NCBI GenBank assembly: GCA_017409905.1
Contig: JAFQRV010000008.1
Location: 6,179-70,178, forward strand
From: Bacilli bacterium
GTDB lineage: Bacteria > Bacillota_I > Bacilli_A > ML615J-28 > CAG-313
DNA length: 64,000 nt
Reading direction: 5' to 3'
The translations under genes and the position numbers were made by a program. Shown here piece by piece: positions 55,993 to 64,000 of this stretch. A model generated the notes under the pieces. The model had not been told where the DNA came from. It made no database searches and worked only from the letters and a program-made list of their open reading frames with translations. The first letter of the stretch is position 1; every line of letters starts with the position of its first letter.

Positions 55993-56104
55993 GTGTTTAA
56001 CAAATAGAATACATATTCTTAATACTAGAAAGCACATGTATTTTTTAATAAAAATAACAATATGCTTTCTAATAGCAATTTTATGCATTTTAGTTTTTTT
56101 GCCA

Positions 56105-56133
56105 TTGAATTATTGAATAACTTATGATAAAAT
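56105..56133 (+). promoter_or_regulatory. Sigma-A promoter for the YwaF-like / YhhN-like genes
   Basis: TTGAAT (56105-56110), a 17-nt spacer, then TAAAAT (56128-56133) preceded by TGA (extended -10). Confidence 0.6.
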
Positions 56134-56160
56134 ATTGAAAGTTTATAATGGAGATTATTT

Positions 56161-56997
56161 ATGAATTGGCTTGAAAGATTTTTAATATTATTAGATTCTA
56201 GTATGACTACACCAAATACTTTTGGGTGGTTTCACTTTATGTTTGTTTTAATAGTAATTGGGGTAACCTTTTTATTATGTCACTATTTCAAAGATTGTAA
56301 TGAAAAAACATTTAAGAAAATTATACTAATTACTTGGATTGTTATTTTTGTACTTGAAGTATATAAGCAAATCAACTTTTCTTTTAACTATGAAAATGAT
56401 ATTGTATCTTGGGATTATCAATGGTATGCTTTTCCATTTCAATTGTGTTCAACACCTCTTTATATTTTACCTCTTATTGCTTTTTTCAAAGATGGTAAAA
56501 TTTATCAATCTGCAATCGCTTATACCGCAACTTTTGCATTCTTTGGAGGTCTTGCGGTAATGATTTATCCAGGAAATGTTTTTATCGAAACAATCGGTAT
56601 TAACATTCAAACAATGGTTCACCATGGTTCACAAGTTGTTATGGGAATCTTTTGTTTAGTACATGAAAGAAAAAGATTTGATTTTAAATATTATTTAAAA
56701 GGATTACCAGTATTTGGCATATTATTAAGTATTGCGGTAATCTTAAATATTACTGTTTATCATATTTTTCAAAACTTAAATATTGATGAATCATTTAATA
56801 TGTTTTATGTAGGACCATATTTTGAGTGTTCTTTACCGCTTTTAAATATCATTTATCCCCTTGTTCCATTTGTTGTTTTCTTACTAATTTACTTAATTGG
56901 TTTTGTTTTGATTTCTTATATCATTTATTTTGTCTTTACTAAAATAAATAATGCAGTTGGAAAAAAACATGTATATACTAAAATACAAGAAGATTAA
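56161..56997 (+). CDS. YwaF/TIGR02206 family integral membrane protein (TMEM164-like)
   Basis: 278 aa. WYAFPFQLCSTPLYILPL...VMIYPGN...TMVHHGSQVVMG matches the P-x-x-LC / P-[DGN] / H-rich pattern of the family as I recall it. Confidence 0.6.
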   Translation: MNWLERFLILLDSSMTTPNTFGWFHFMFVLIVIGVTFLLCHYFKDCNEKTFKKIILITWIVIFVLEVYKQINFSFNYENDIVSWDYQWYAFPFQLCSTPLYILPLIAFFKDGKIYQSAIAYTATFAFFGGLAVMIYPGNVFIETIGINIQTMVHHGSQVVMGIFCLVHERKRFDFKYYLKGLPVFGILLSIAVILNITVYHIFQNLNIDESFNMFYVGPYFECSLPLLNIIYPLVPFVVFLLIYLIGFVLISYIIYFVFTKINNAVGKKHVYTKIQED

Positions 56998-57661
56998 TTT
57001 TACATTTATATTCATTTTATTAGAATTAATCCTAGGAATTTTGGTTCAAACAACAAAAGGAATAGTTACTACGGTAGTTTCTTATTCAGCTATTATTTTA
57101 GCGTTTCTTTATTCATTAATTATTTTTTTAAAAACTAAATCAAATGTTAATATAACAATAGGTTTAGCTTTTACTTTATTAGCGGATTTCTTTTTAGTCG
57201 TTTTAAATCCTATTAAACAACTTCCCGCAATGTTATGTTTTAACGTAACCCAAATTATGTATTTCATAAAAATATTAAAAGACCAAAATAAAAAAGAACA
57301 AATAATTCATCTTGTTATTAGATGTACTATTTGTTTAATTAGTATTATTTTAACAATTCTTGTTTTAAAAGAAAAAACTGATTTACTAACTATTGTCTCA
57401 ATTATTTATTATGCAAATCTAATAACTAATATTATTTTTAGTTTTATTAAAGAAAATAAAAATCTTTTATTTTCTATAGGTTTAATCTTATTTGCTTGTT
57501 GTGATGCAATCATTGGTTTATCTGTTTTAAGTGATGCATATTTGAATATTAATAATGCATTTATTAATTTCTTATTACATCCTGGTTTTAATTTGGCTTG
57601 GCTATTTTATGTTCCTTCACAAACATTATTAGCACTTTCTACCTATCATATCACTAAATAA
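56951..57661 (+). CDS. YhhN-like (lysoplasmalogenase/TMEM86-like) membrane protein
   Basis: About 230 aa, polytopic. LAFTLLADFFLVVL...AMLCFNVTQIMYFI and GLILFACCDAIIGLSVL resemble the two YhhN half-motifs (L.FS..GD..L / F..SD). It overlaps the upstream gene; ATG 56969 is an alternative start. Confidence 0.5.
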   Translation: MQLEKNMYILKYKKINFTFIFILLELILGILVQTTKGIVTTVVSYSAIILAFLYSLIIFLKTKSNVNITIGLAFTLLADFFLVVLNPIKQLPAMLCFNVTQIMYFIKILKDQNKKEQIIHLVIRCTICLISIILTILVLKEKTDLLTIVSIIYYANLITNIIFSFIKENKNLLFSIGLILFACCDAIIGLSVLSDAYLNINNAFINFLLHPGFNLAWLFYVPSQTLLALSTYHITK

Positions 57662-57663
57662 AC

Positions 57664-57700
57664 AAATCCAGTTCATTTTATTTGAACTGGATTTTTTCTT
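57664..57700 (+). terminator. Terminator after the YhhN-like gene
   Basis: AAATCCAGTTCA-N7-TGAACTGGATTT plus TTTTC. Confidence 0.85.
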
Positions 57701-57868
57701 TATCAAACTAATTGACTTTTTTATTTTTGAGGAGTATATTTTCGTTTTGTTATAATAGAGTTAAGCATAAAAATGCCTTTTGAAAATATATTTAAAATGT
57801 CAGTATTTCCAACATGACATATTAACTCATACTTAAATTTAAATGTTTTTATAAGGGAAGTGAACTAA

Positions 57869-59161
57869 ATGATAATATCAGATACTGCAAGTATTATGTT
57901 AAGTTTTTCCATTGCTTTATTGGTGGGATTACTATTATCCAGACTTGCAAAAATTATTAAACTACCTGCTGTTACTGCATATTTAGTGGCAGGAATTCTA
58001 GTAGGTCCTTTTGTATTAGGAAAATTAAATATTCCAGGAATTGGTATAACTAATGATCAAATTGAAAATTTAGGATTTATTTCTGACTTAGCATTAGGTT
58101 TTATAGCTTTTGCAATGGGAAATGAATTTAGAATTTCAGAATTAAAAACAATAGGAAAACAGGCTACAATAATCGGGATTGTACAAGCTATTTTCACAAC
58201 AATTATTGTTGATATTTTTCTTATTATTTTACACTTTATTATGCCAGATAAACTTTCACTTGCTTCAGCCATTACATTAGGTTCAATTGCTACTGCAACA
58301 GCTCCTGCTGCTACATTAATGGTTATTAAGCAATATAAAGCAAAAGGCCCTTTAACAAATATACTATTACCTATTGTTGCCTTAGATGATGCTGTTGGTC
58401 TTGTCGTATTTGCAATTTCTTTTGGTATAGCAAAATCAATTAACATTGGTAATGTAGATGTTTTATCTGTAATTTTAGAACCTTTACTTGAAGTTTTTCT
58501 TTCATTATTACTAGGATTTATAATGGGATTATTGTTTACTCTATGTGAAAAATATTTCCACTCTCGTTCTAAACGTATGGCTGTTTCAGTAACCTTTGTT
58601 ATGATGACAATTGCTCTTTCAAGTATTAAATTTTCTTTAGGAAATATTCACATTGGTTTTTCTTCATTACTTTCTTGTATGATGCTCGGAACTGTTTTTT
58701 GTAATATTTGTGAAGTTTCAGAAGAATTAATGAGAAGAGCTGATAGATGGACTGCCCCAATTCTAATCTTATTCTTTGTTATTAGTGGTGCTGAATTAGA
58801 TCTTGGAGTTTTTGCTAACTTAGCAGTAGTAATTATTGGTATCGTCTATATTTTATCTCGTTCATTTGGAAAATATTTTGGAGCTAATCTTAGTGCAAAG
58901 CTAACTAATTGTGATACTAACATTGTGAAATATTTAGGAATAACTTTACTACCACAAGCAGGTGTTGCCTTAGGTATGGCAATCAAAGCTGTAGAACTTG
59001 GTCCTGATGGTTTTATTGTTCGTAATATAACCCTTTTTGCGGTATTAATTTATGAAATTGTTGGCCCATTCCTTACAAAGATTGCTTTAACAAAAGCTAA
59101 TGAAATTAATGAAGATGATATTATTAGTGCTAGAGGAGAAACTCTTCCTAAACATCCATAA
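57869..59161 (+). CDS. Cation:proton antiporter (CPA2 family, no KTN domain)
   Basis: 430 aa, polytopic. LLLSRLAKIIKLPAVTAYLVAGILVGPFVLG is a typical Kef/CPA2 N-terminus. Confidence 0.85.
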   Translation: MIISDTASIMLSFSIALLVGLLLSRLAKIIKLPAVTAYLVAGILVGPFVLGKLNIPGIGITNDQIENLGFISDLALGFIAFAMGNEFRISELKTIGKQATIIGIVQAIFTTIIVDIFLIILHFIMPDKLSLASAITLGSIATATAPAATLMVIKQYKAKGPLTNILLPIVALDDAVGLVVFAISFGIAKSINIGNVDVLSVILEPLLEVFLSLLLGFIMGLLFTLCEKYFHSRSKRMAVSVTFVMMTIALSSIKFSLGNIHIGFSSLLSCMMLGTVFCNICEVSEELMRRADRWTAPILILFFVISGAELDLGVFANLAVVIIGIVYILSRSFGKYFGANLSAKLTNCDTNIVKYLGITLLPQAGVALGMAIKAVELGPDGFIVRNITLFAVLIYEIVGPFLTKIALTKANEINEDDIISARGETLPKHP

Positions 59162-59176
59162 TTAAATTGATAAAAT

Positions 59177-59210
59177 AAAAATAGTCTATTTAAAAATAGA
59201 CTATTTTTTT
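59177..59210. terminator. Bidirectional terminator between the CPA2 and P-loop genes
   Basis: ATAGTCTATTT-AA-AAATAGACTAT followed by T8. Confidence 0.85.
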
Positions 59211-59719
59211 TATTCAACATTTATTTCATATCTATCATCTATTAGAATATATTTAATATTATTTTTCTGAGCTTTATCTAATAACCTTTTATTTTCTTTA
59301 ATTAATTCTTCAATATCTATTTGATCATCAATACGATTTTCAATAATATTGGCATATTCTAAAATATTATTAAAGTTTTTCTTAATATATTCTTCACTCA
59401 TGATTATACAATAAAATTTAATATTTTCTAAATATATTTCAGTAAAATCTTTTTGCCAATCAAGGGGAATATAACATCCTTCAATAATTAAATTTTGTTT
59501 ATTCTCTATCGCAGTTTTTATAATTTCTTTTACTATTGGCCATAAATAATCAGTAAGATCTTTATCACTACTAAGAGGAGTAAGATTAGTATTATGGCTT
59601 CTTATTAATCCCATTTTTAAATGATCGATAGAAAGATATGGATATTGATATTTTTCTAGTAATCTTTGGGCTAATAATGTTTTTCCACTATGTGTAGTTC
59701 CTGTAATTAATATTATCAT
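59210..59719 (-). CDS. Small P-loop NTPase/kinase-like protein
   Basis: 169 aa. Walker A ITGTTHSGKT at the N-terminus. Specific family not recognised. Confidence 0.55.
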   Translation of the reverse strand: MIILITGTTHSGKTLLAQRLLEKYQYPYLSIDHLKMGLIRSHNTNLTPLSSDKDLTDYLWPIVKEIIKTAIENKQNLIIEGCYIPLDWQKDFTEIYLENIKFYCIIMSEEYIKKNFNNILEYANIIENRIDDQIDIEELIKENKRLLDKAQKNNIKYILIDDRYEINVE

Positions 59720-59800
59720 AATTCACCTTCTTCTTTATTATAACATTTATTAATCTATTTATATATTTTTTTGTAATTTAATTTGTAAAAAATAAATAAA

Positions 59801-59843
59801 AAATGCAAATTAAATTCAATATTGGAATTTTAATTTGCATTTT
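59801..59843. terminator. Terminator after the rRNA methyltransferase gene
   Basis: AAATGCAAATTAAATTC-N9-GAATTTTAATTTGCATTT, a long stem with one bulge. Confidence 0.75.
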
Positions 59844-59845
59844 AT

Positions 59846-61165
59846 TTATTTTCTTTCCAGACAAACAATATTTTCAACATGTCCAGAATGAGGAAACATA
59901 TCAACAGGTTGAACGAATGTTATTTTATAATCATTTACTAAATGTTTTAAGTCAACAACTTGTGTATGAGGATCACATGATATATAAATAATTTTATTTG
60001 GTTTTAATTTTAAAACCGCTTTTAAAAATTGTTCCGTACTTCCTTTTCTTGGAGGATCTAAAACAACACAGTCAACACGTTCTTTTTTGTTAGCTAAATT
60101 AATAATAAATCTTGTTGCATCATCATTATAAAAATGAATGTTTTTAATATCATTAAGTTTAGCATTTATAATAGCATCTTGAACAGCTTGTTTTTCAAGT
60201 TCTACACTAATTACTTTTTTGACTTTAGAACTTGCGATTATTCCTATTGTTCCTACTCCTGAATAAGCATCTAGTAAAACATCTTCTTTAGTTAATTTTG
60301 CTGCATTAATTGCAGTTTCATAAAGAACTTTTGTTTGAATAGGGTTTATTTGATAAAAAGATTTAGAAGATATTTTAAACTTTTTATCACAAAGAATATC
60401 ATTAATATATCCCTTACCAAATAATACTATTTCTTTATCACCCAATACTTGAGTAGTTTTTTTACTATTAATGTTTTGAATAACTGTAGTAATTTCTTTA
60501 TTACTAGAAAGTAAAGCTTTTAAGAAATTATTTCTTCCTGGAAATACTTCTGTTGATGTAACAATTACAACCATTGTTTCATTTAAAACTTTACTTCTTT
60601 TAACCATTACATGACGAATTAAACCTTTTTGTTTATCTTCATCATATGGCATAATATGCATCTTAAACATTAATTCTTTAATAAAATTAACAATTTTATC
60701 TGCAATCTTATCTTGCACTGCACAATTTGTAAAATTTACAATACGGTGTGAAAATTCTTCATAAAACCCACTAACAATTCTTCTTTTTTCATCATAACCA
60801 AATACTACTTGATTTTTATTACGATATTCATATGGTTCTTTCATACCAATTACATCATTAACATGACATTTATAATTATTTTCAATAAAAAGTCTTTTAA
60901 CCATTTCTGTTTTTAATTTTAATTGGTAATCATAATTAACATGTAATAACTTACATCCACCACATCTTTCATATATTGAACAAACTGGTTTAATTCTTTC
61001 TTTTGAAGCATTAATGATTTTATCAATCTTGATGCTTCTTTTTTCTTTATTAACACTAACTTCTAAAGTTTCCCCTTCAACAACATTACTTAAATTATAA
61101 GTTTTGTTATTTAAATTAACAACATATTGAAAGTTATCATTTAATTTACCAACTACTATTTTCAT
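59846..61165 (-). CDS. 23S rRNA (uracil-5-)-methyltransferase, RumA/RlmCD family
   Basis: N-terminal TRAM-like region, Fe-S cysteines CSIYERCGGCKLLH, SAM fold DAYSGVGTIG, VVLDPPRKG, and the catalytic region ISCDP. Confidence 0.88.
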   Translation of the reverse strand: MKIVVGKLNDNFQYVVNLNNKTYNLSNVVEGETLEVSVNKEKRSIKIDKIINASKERIKPVCSIYERCGGCKLLHVNYDYQLKLKTEMVKRLFIENNYKCHVNDVIGMKEPYEYRNKNQVVFGYDEKRRIVSGFYEEFSHRIVNFTNCAVQDKIADKIVNFIKELMFKMHIMPYDEDKQKGLIRHVMVKRSKVLNETMVVIVTSTEVFPGRNNFLKALLSSNKEITTVIQNINSKKTTQVLGDKEIVLFGKGYINDILCDKKFKISSKSFYQINPIQTKVLYETAINAAKLTKEDVLLDAYSGVGTIGIIASSKVKKVISVELEKQAVQDAIINAKLNDIKNIHFYNDDATRFIINLANKKERVDCVVLDPPRKGSTEQFLKAVLKLKPNKIIYISCDPHTQVVDLKHLVNDYKITFVQPVDMFPHSGHVENIVCLERK

Positions 61166-61175
61166 TAGTCTTACC

Positions 61176-62393
61176 TTATTGATTTCTTTGATCGTTTAAA
61201 TAGTCAATACATTGAACAAATTCAAAGACTTTCTTTTTATTAGTTGGTACTACTCTTAAGAAGAATTCTTCATTTGGAATTTCAAATCTTCTTCCAGGAT
61301 CATATGGTAATTGAGGAATTAATGGTAATTTAAATTCTTTTTTAATTTCTTCATCAAGAAGTTTACCCTCTATATAGAATTCATCTTTCTTAAGAACTAC
61401 CTTACCACTACCACAAATTTCTAATTTCTTTGGATTAATTAGATTAGACATATATTCGCATTCATCATTAAATTCAATTCCATCTTCGAATTCTTTACCA
61501 ATAACTTGTTTTTGCCAAGACATCCATTCACTTACCATTTCAAAAACTTTATCCTGTTCTGTTTTTGGATGCATAAAGCCAAATTGATCCATAACCAATG
61601 CATTACCACATTCAGTACAATGGCATTCATTTTTATGTGATTCATAAGAATATTTTTTACCACACTTAGGACATCTAATAAAGATATTTTCTAAACCTTC
61701 AGCAATTCTTTTAGTATGAATTTTTCTTTTTAGAGTTCTTTGTTCAGCAAATTCATCAACATGAATTGCTTCTTCAATTCTTCTTAAGATTTCTTCATCT
61801 ATTAATGTAGTTAATTCTTCTTTTTTAAGAACTGTTACAAATTCACTAGTAACCTTACAACTTCTTTTGCTTGTACGCCATTTTGGGAAAGTTAAGTGTG
61901 CACCATGTGTACGCATTGCGACTACATCTGCTTTTGCAAGTTTTACTAATTTTACGATTGCAGGAGACATATATGATGGTTTTCCATCAATAGTGATTTG
62001 TCCAGTTGGAGCAATCGCTACAATTCCTTTTTTATCAAGAACTTTTTTTATTTTTCTTATTGCTACTAAATCCGGCTTAAATTGTTCTTTACTAATAGCA
62101 TTAGCTAATCTTAATAAAGTACCAACTGGCTTTGTTAGTAAGAAACAACTTGCAACAACATAGCTTACTCTTCTAAAATTTAATGATGCTTTGATAAAGA
62201 AATGATCTTGATTAGAATAATGGTTATATACTAGTAAGAACCCATCTTTATGATTTTTTAGAGCTTTACGGTTATATCTAATTCCAGTTTTAAAGAATAG
62301 CATTATCTTACTAGCAATAGTCAAAATAATATTAAGCCACATAGGCATTAGTATTCGTTCTTTTTTCTTTTTCTTCTTTTTATCTTTTTCCAT
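61176..62393 (-). CDS. PlsC-like lysophospholipid acyltransferase with a zinc-ribbon-containing C-terminal domain
   Basis: HX4D motif NHYSNQDH, N-terminal TM segment, a block similar to the PEG motif (IAPTGQ), then CPKCG-N13-CTECG. Confidence 0.7.
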   Translation of the reverse strand: MEKDKKKKKKKERILMPMWLNIILTIASKIMLFFKTGIRYNRKALKNHKDGFLLVYNHYSNQDHFFIKASLNFRRVSYVVASCFLLTKPVGTLLRLANAISKEQFKPDLVAIRKIKKVLDKKGIVAIAPTGQITIDGKPSYMSPAIVKLVKLAKADVVAMRTHGAHLTFPKWRTSKRSCKVTSEFVTVLKKEELTTLIDEEILRRIEEAIHVDEFAEQRTLKRKIHTKRIAEGLENIFIRCPKCGKKYSYESHKNECHCTECGNALVMDQFGFMHPKTEQDKVFEMVSEWMSWQKQVIGKEFEDGIEFNDECEYMSNLINPKKLEICGSGKVVLKKDEFYIEGKLLDEEIKKEFKLPLIPQLPYDPGRRFEIPNEEFFLRVVPTNKKKVFEFVQCIDYLNDQRNQ

Positions 62394-62405
62394 ATTTAAT
62401 CCCTT

Positions 62406-64000
62406 TTAAATTACATTACCGGCAAATTGAGTTTGATACAACTTGTAGTATGTACCTTGTTTTTCAATCAATTCATCATGATTACCAATTTCAATTACTC
62501 TACCATGGTCCATAACAACTATCTTATCGGCATCTCTAATTGTTGATAATCTATGTGCAATTATTAAACTAGTTCTTTCTTTCATTAAGTTAACCATTGC
62601 ATCTTGAATATTTTTTTCTGTTCTTGTATCAACACTAGATGTAGCTTCATCTAGTATTAATATTAATGGATTAGTAATAGCTGCTCTTGCGATAGTAACT
62701 AATTGTCTTTGACCTTGAGAAAGATTTGCGCCACTATTTGCAAGATAAGTTTCATATTTATTTTCTAAATGTTTAATAAACTTATGAGAATTTGCAAGTT
62801 TAGAAGAAGATAATACTTCTTCAACTGTCGCATCAGGTTTGCCATATTTAATATTATTTTCGATTGTATCACTAAATAATACGGTATCTTGTAAAACAAT
62901 TGAAACCATATTTCTTAAATCTTCTTTTTTAATATTTCGAATATCAATACCATTTATTTCAATAGAACCTGAATCTATATCATAAAAACGCATTAACAAA
63001 TTAACAACCGTTGTTTTTCCACTTCCAGTATGACCAACCAATGCAATCTTTTGACCACTTTCAACTTTTAAATTGAAATCTACTAATACTGGTTCATTAG
63101 GAACATATGAGAAATAAACATTTTTAAATTCAATAACTTCTACTTTGAAATCACTTGGAATACTAATAGTTCCTTGATTAATTTCTTTATCTGTATCCAT
63201 AACTGCAAATACTCTTTCAGCAGCAGCTAAACTTGTTTCAATTTGTGCAAATAATTGAGCAACCTCATTTAAAGGTCTATTTACTTGTTTAGAACAATTT
63301 GTAAACATAATGATTGTCCCAATAGTAATTGGACCAAATAAGCCAGCACCAATTTCTAAATTAGAAAAAATTGCACCAAATACAACTACTAGTAAGAATC
63401 CAATGTTACCTACAACATTCATTATCGGTCCCATTGCACCACCATAAACTTGAGCTTTTATTGCATAACCTTCTAATTCATTAGATGTTTTATTAAATTC
63501 TTTTTGTAAATCTTTTTCTTTAGTGAATGCACTAACAGTTTTTTGTCCACTAATACCTTCTTCAACTTTACTATTAATTTCTCCTAACATGCTTTGTTGA
63601 ATTTTAAAATATTTACGCATTCTTTTTGATAAGAATCTAGATAATGTTAAAGTTAAAACAATTGTTGAAGATGCAACCAATGTTAACAATGGACTAAATA
63701 ATAACATAATAGTAAATGCACCAATTATAATTATTATTGTTGAAATAAATGATGCTACACTTTGAGATATCGTACTTGAGATTGAATCAACATCATTAGT
63801 CATTCTACTCATAATATCACCATGAGCATTAGTATCAAAATATTTAATTGGTAAATATACTAATCGGTCAAATAAATCTTTTCTAATCTTCAATACAGTT
63901 TTTTTGGAAAGTTTTGCGGCCATAATTCCTTTAAAAAAGGCACATAAAATATCAAACACATAACAAGTTCCAAGAGCAAACAATAATGTAATAAATAAAT
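62406..64000 (-). CDS. ABC exporter permease/ATPase (5' end lies beyond the window)
   Basis: Walker A GHTGSGKTT, signature LSQGQ, Walker B ILILDEATSSVD, H-loop IIAHRLS. The reading frame stays open to the window edge. Confidence 0.9.
   Translation of the reverse strand, partial: LFITLLFALGTCYVFDILCAFFKGIMAAKLSKKTVLKIRKDLFDRLVYLPIKYFDTNAHGDIMSRMTNDVDSISSTISQSVASFISTIIIIIGAFTIMLLFSPLLTLVASSTIVLTLTLSRFLSKRMRKYFKIQQSMLGEINSKVEEGISGQKTVSAFTKEKDLQKEFNKTSNELEGYAIKAQVYGGAMGPIMNVVGNIGFLLVVVFGAIFSNLEIGAGLFGPITIGTIIMFTNCSKQVNRPLNEVAQLFAQIETSLAAAERVFAVMDTDKEINQGTISIPSDFKVEVIEFKNVYFSYVPNEPVLVDFNLKVESGQKIALVGHTGSGKTTVVNLLMRFYDIDSGSIEINGIDIRNIKKEDLRNMVSIVLQDTVLFSDTIENNIKYGKPDATVEEVLSSSKLANSHKFIKHLENKYETYLANSGANLSQGQRQLVTIARAAITNPLILILDEATSSVDTRTEKNIQDAMVNLMKERTSLIIAHRLSTIRDADKIVVMDHGRVIEIGNHDELIEKQGTYYKLYQTQFAGNVI

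Noticed and set aside
57701-57868. A ~170-nt leader upstream of the CPA2 antiporter with small hairpins (GCATAAAAATGC; ATGTCA-N12-TGACAT), considered as a c-di-AMP (ydaO) or Na+/Li+ riboswitch.
   Set aside because: The leader is AT-rich and has none of the conserved ydaO or nhaA-I/DUF1646 sequence blocks that I can recall. There is no terminator or anti-terminator arrangement.
58057-58446. 129-aa antisense ORF inside the CPA2 antiporter gene; the longest of the shadow ORFs.
   Set aside because: It is fully contained within a well-supported polytopic transporter gene on the other strand. It mirrors that gene's hydrophobic codons and has no start-site signals.
4945-62163. Short ORFs from the six-frame track lying antisense inside longer genes. 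These are 4945-5208, 6915-7211, 12507-12713, 14099-14335, 14774-15145, 15497-15763, 16270-16533, 21418-21612, 22403-22627, 23706-23933, 24088-24288, 24595-24783, 26855-27076, 30242-30445, 32409-32759, 33228-33494, 33811-34026, 37170-37355, 40049-40312, 40883-41122, 46331-46516, 53677-53889, 58057-58446, 59803-59991 and 61867-62163. The same-strand, out-of-frame ORF 56339-56560 belongs to the same group.
   Set aside because: Each is nested in, or largely overlaps, a longer ORF that has clear family motifs. None has a convincing RBS. Their compositions (Ser/Ile/Phe/Leu/Lys-rich) are what the opposite strand or an alternative frame of AT-rich coding DNA yields, and no homology was recognised.
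1-64000. Mollicutes genetic code (TGA = Trp), suggested by the extreme AT content.
   Set aside because: TGA terminates well-aligned genes at the expected C-termini (for example the response regulator at 15765-15767 and ylxM at 20608-20610). Trp in conserved motifs is TGG (for example the WW at about 44606-44611). All long ORFs are intact under code 11.
1-64000. CRISPR arrays, IS elements or transposases, integrases, prophage genes, toxin-antitoxin pairs, restriction-modification or other defence systems.
   Set aside because: No regularly spaced repeats were seen, and no ORF carries transposase, integrase, nuclease-helicase, defence or toxin-like motifs. The only repeats are short terminator stems, the 19-nt RR box and a 9-mer tandem.

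Overview
This is a strongly AT-rich, gene-dense chromosomal segment with about 50 CDS, roughly four in five on the - strand. It comes from a low-GC, wall-bearing Bacillota-type bacterium. The mix of Mollicutes-like composition with peptidoglycan, lipoprotein and sporulation-remnant genes suggests an Erysipelotrichia-like lineage, but that placement is inference only. The standard genetic code applies: TGA is used as a stop (for example the response-regulator gene at 15765) and Trp is TGG. Housekeeping blocks are rnc-recG-yloV with divergent rpmB, ftsY-ylxM-ffh, asnA, polA, exonuclease III, a RumA-type rRNA methyltransferase and a U32 (TrhP-like) protein. Accessory content includes an OmpR/HK two-component system next to a MacB/FtsX-type ABC transporter, with a shared direct-repeat operator visible at both promoters. 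There is a heterodimeric ABC exporter with one degenerate ATP site, and several surface lipoproteins (BspA-type LRR, S8 subtilase, InlB-B/Flg_new-repeat protein). A divalent-cation neighbourhood holds a CaCA antiporter and a P-type ATPase behind a clear yybP-ykoY (Mn2+) riboswitch. Other items are a GNAT-deaminase fusion, a tryptophanase-family lyase, a CPA2 antiporter and a PlsC-like acyltransferase. The best candidate for an undescribed system is at 49.2-57.7 kb. There, a four-gene operon begins with an ABC ATPase fused to a YwaF/TMEM164-like polytopic membrane domain, followed by a putative exporter permease, a Big_2 protein and an 808-aa surface lipoprotein. It is transcribed divergently from a stand-alone YwaF-like gene that overlaps a YhhN/TMEM86-like gene. 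I found no rRNA, tRNA, CRISPR array, transposase or prophage. All homology calls come from motif recognition by eye; no database search was run.
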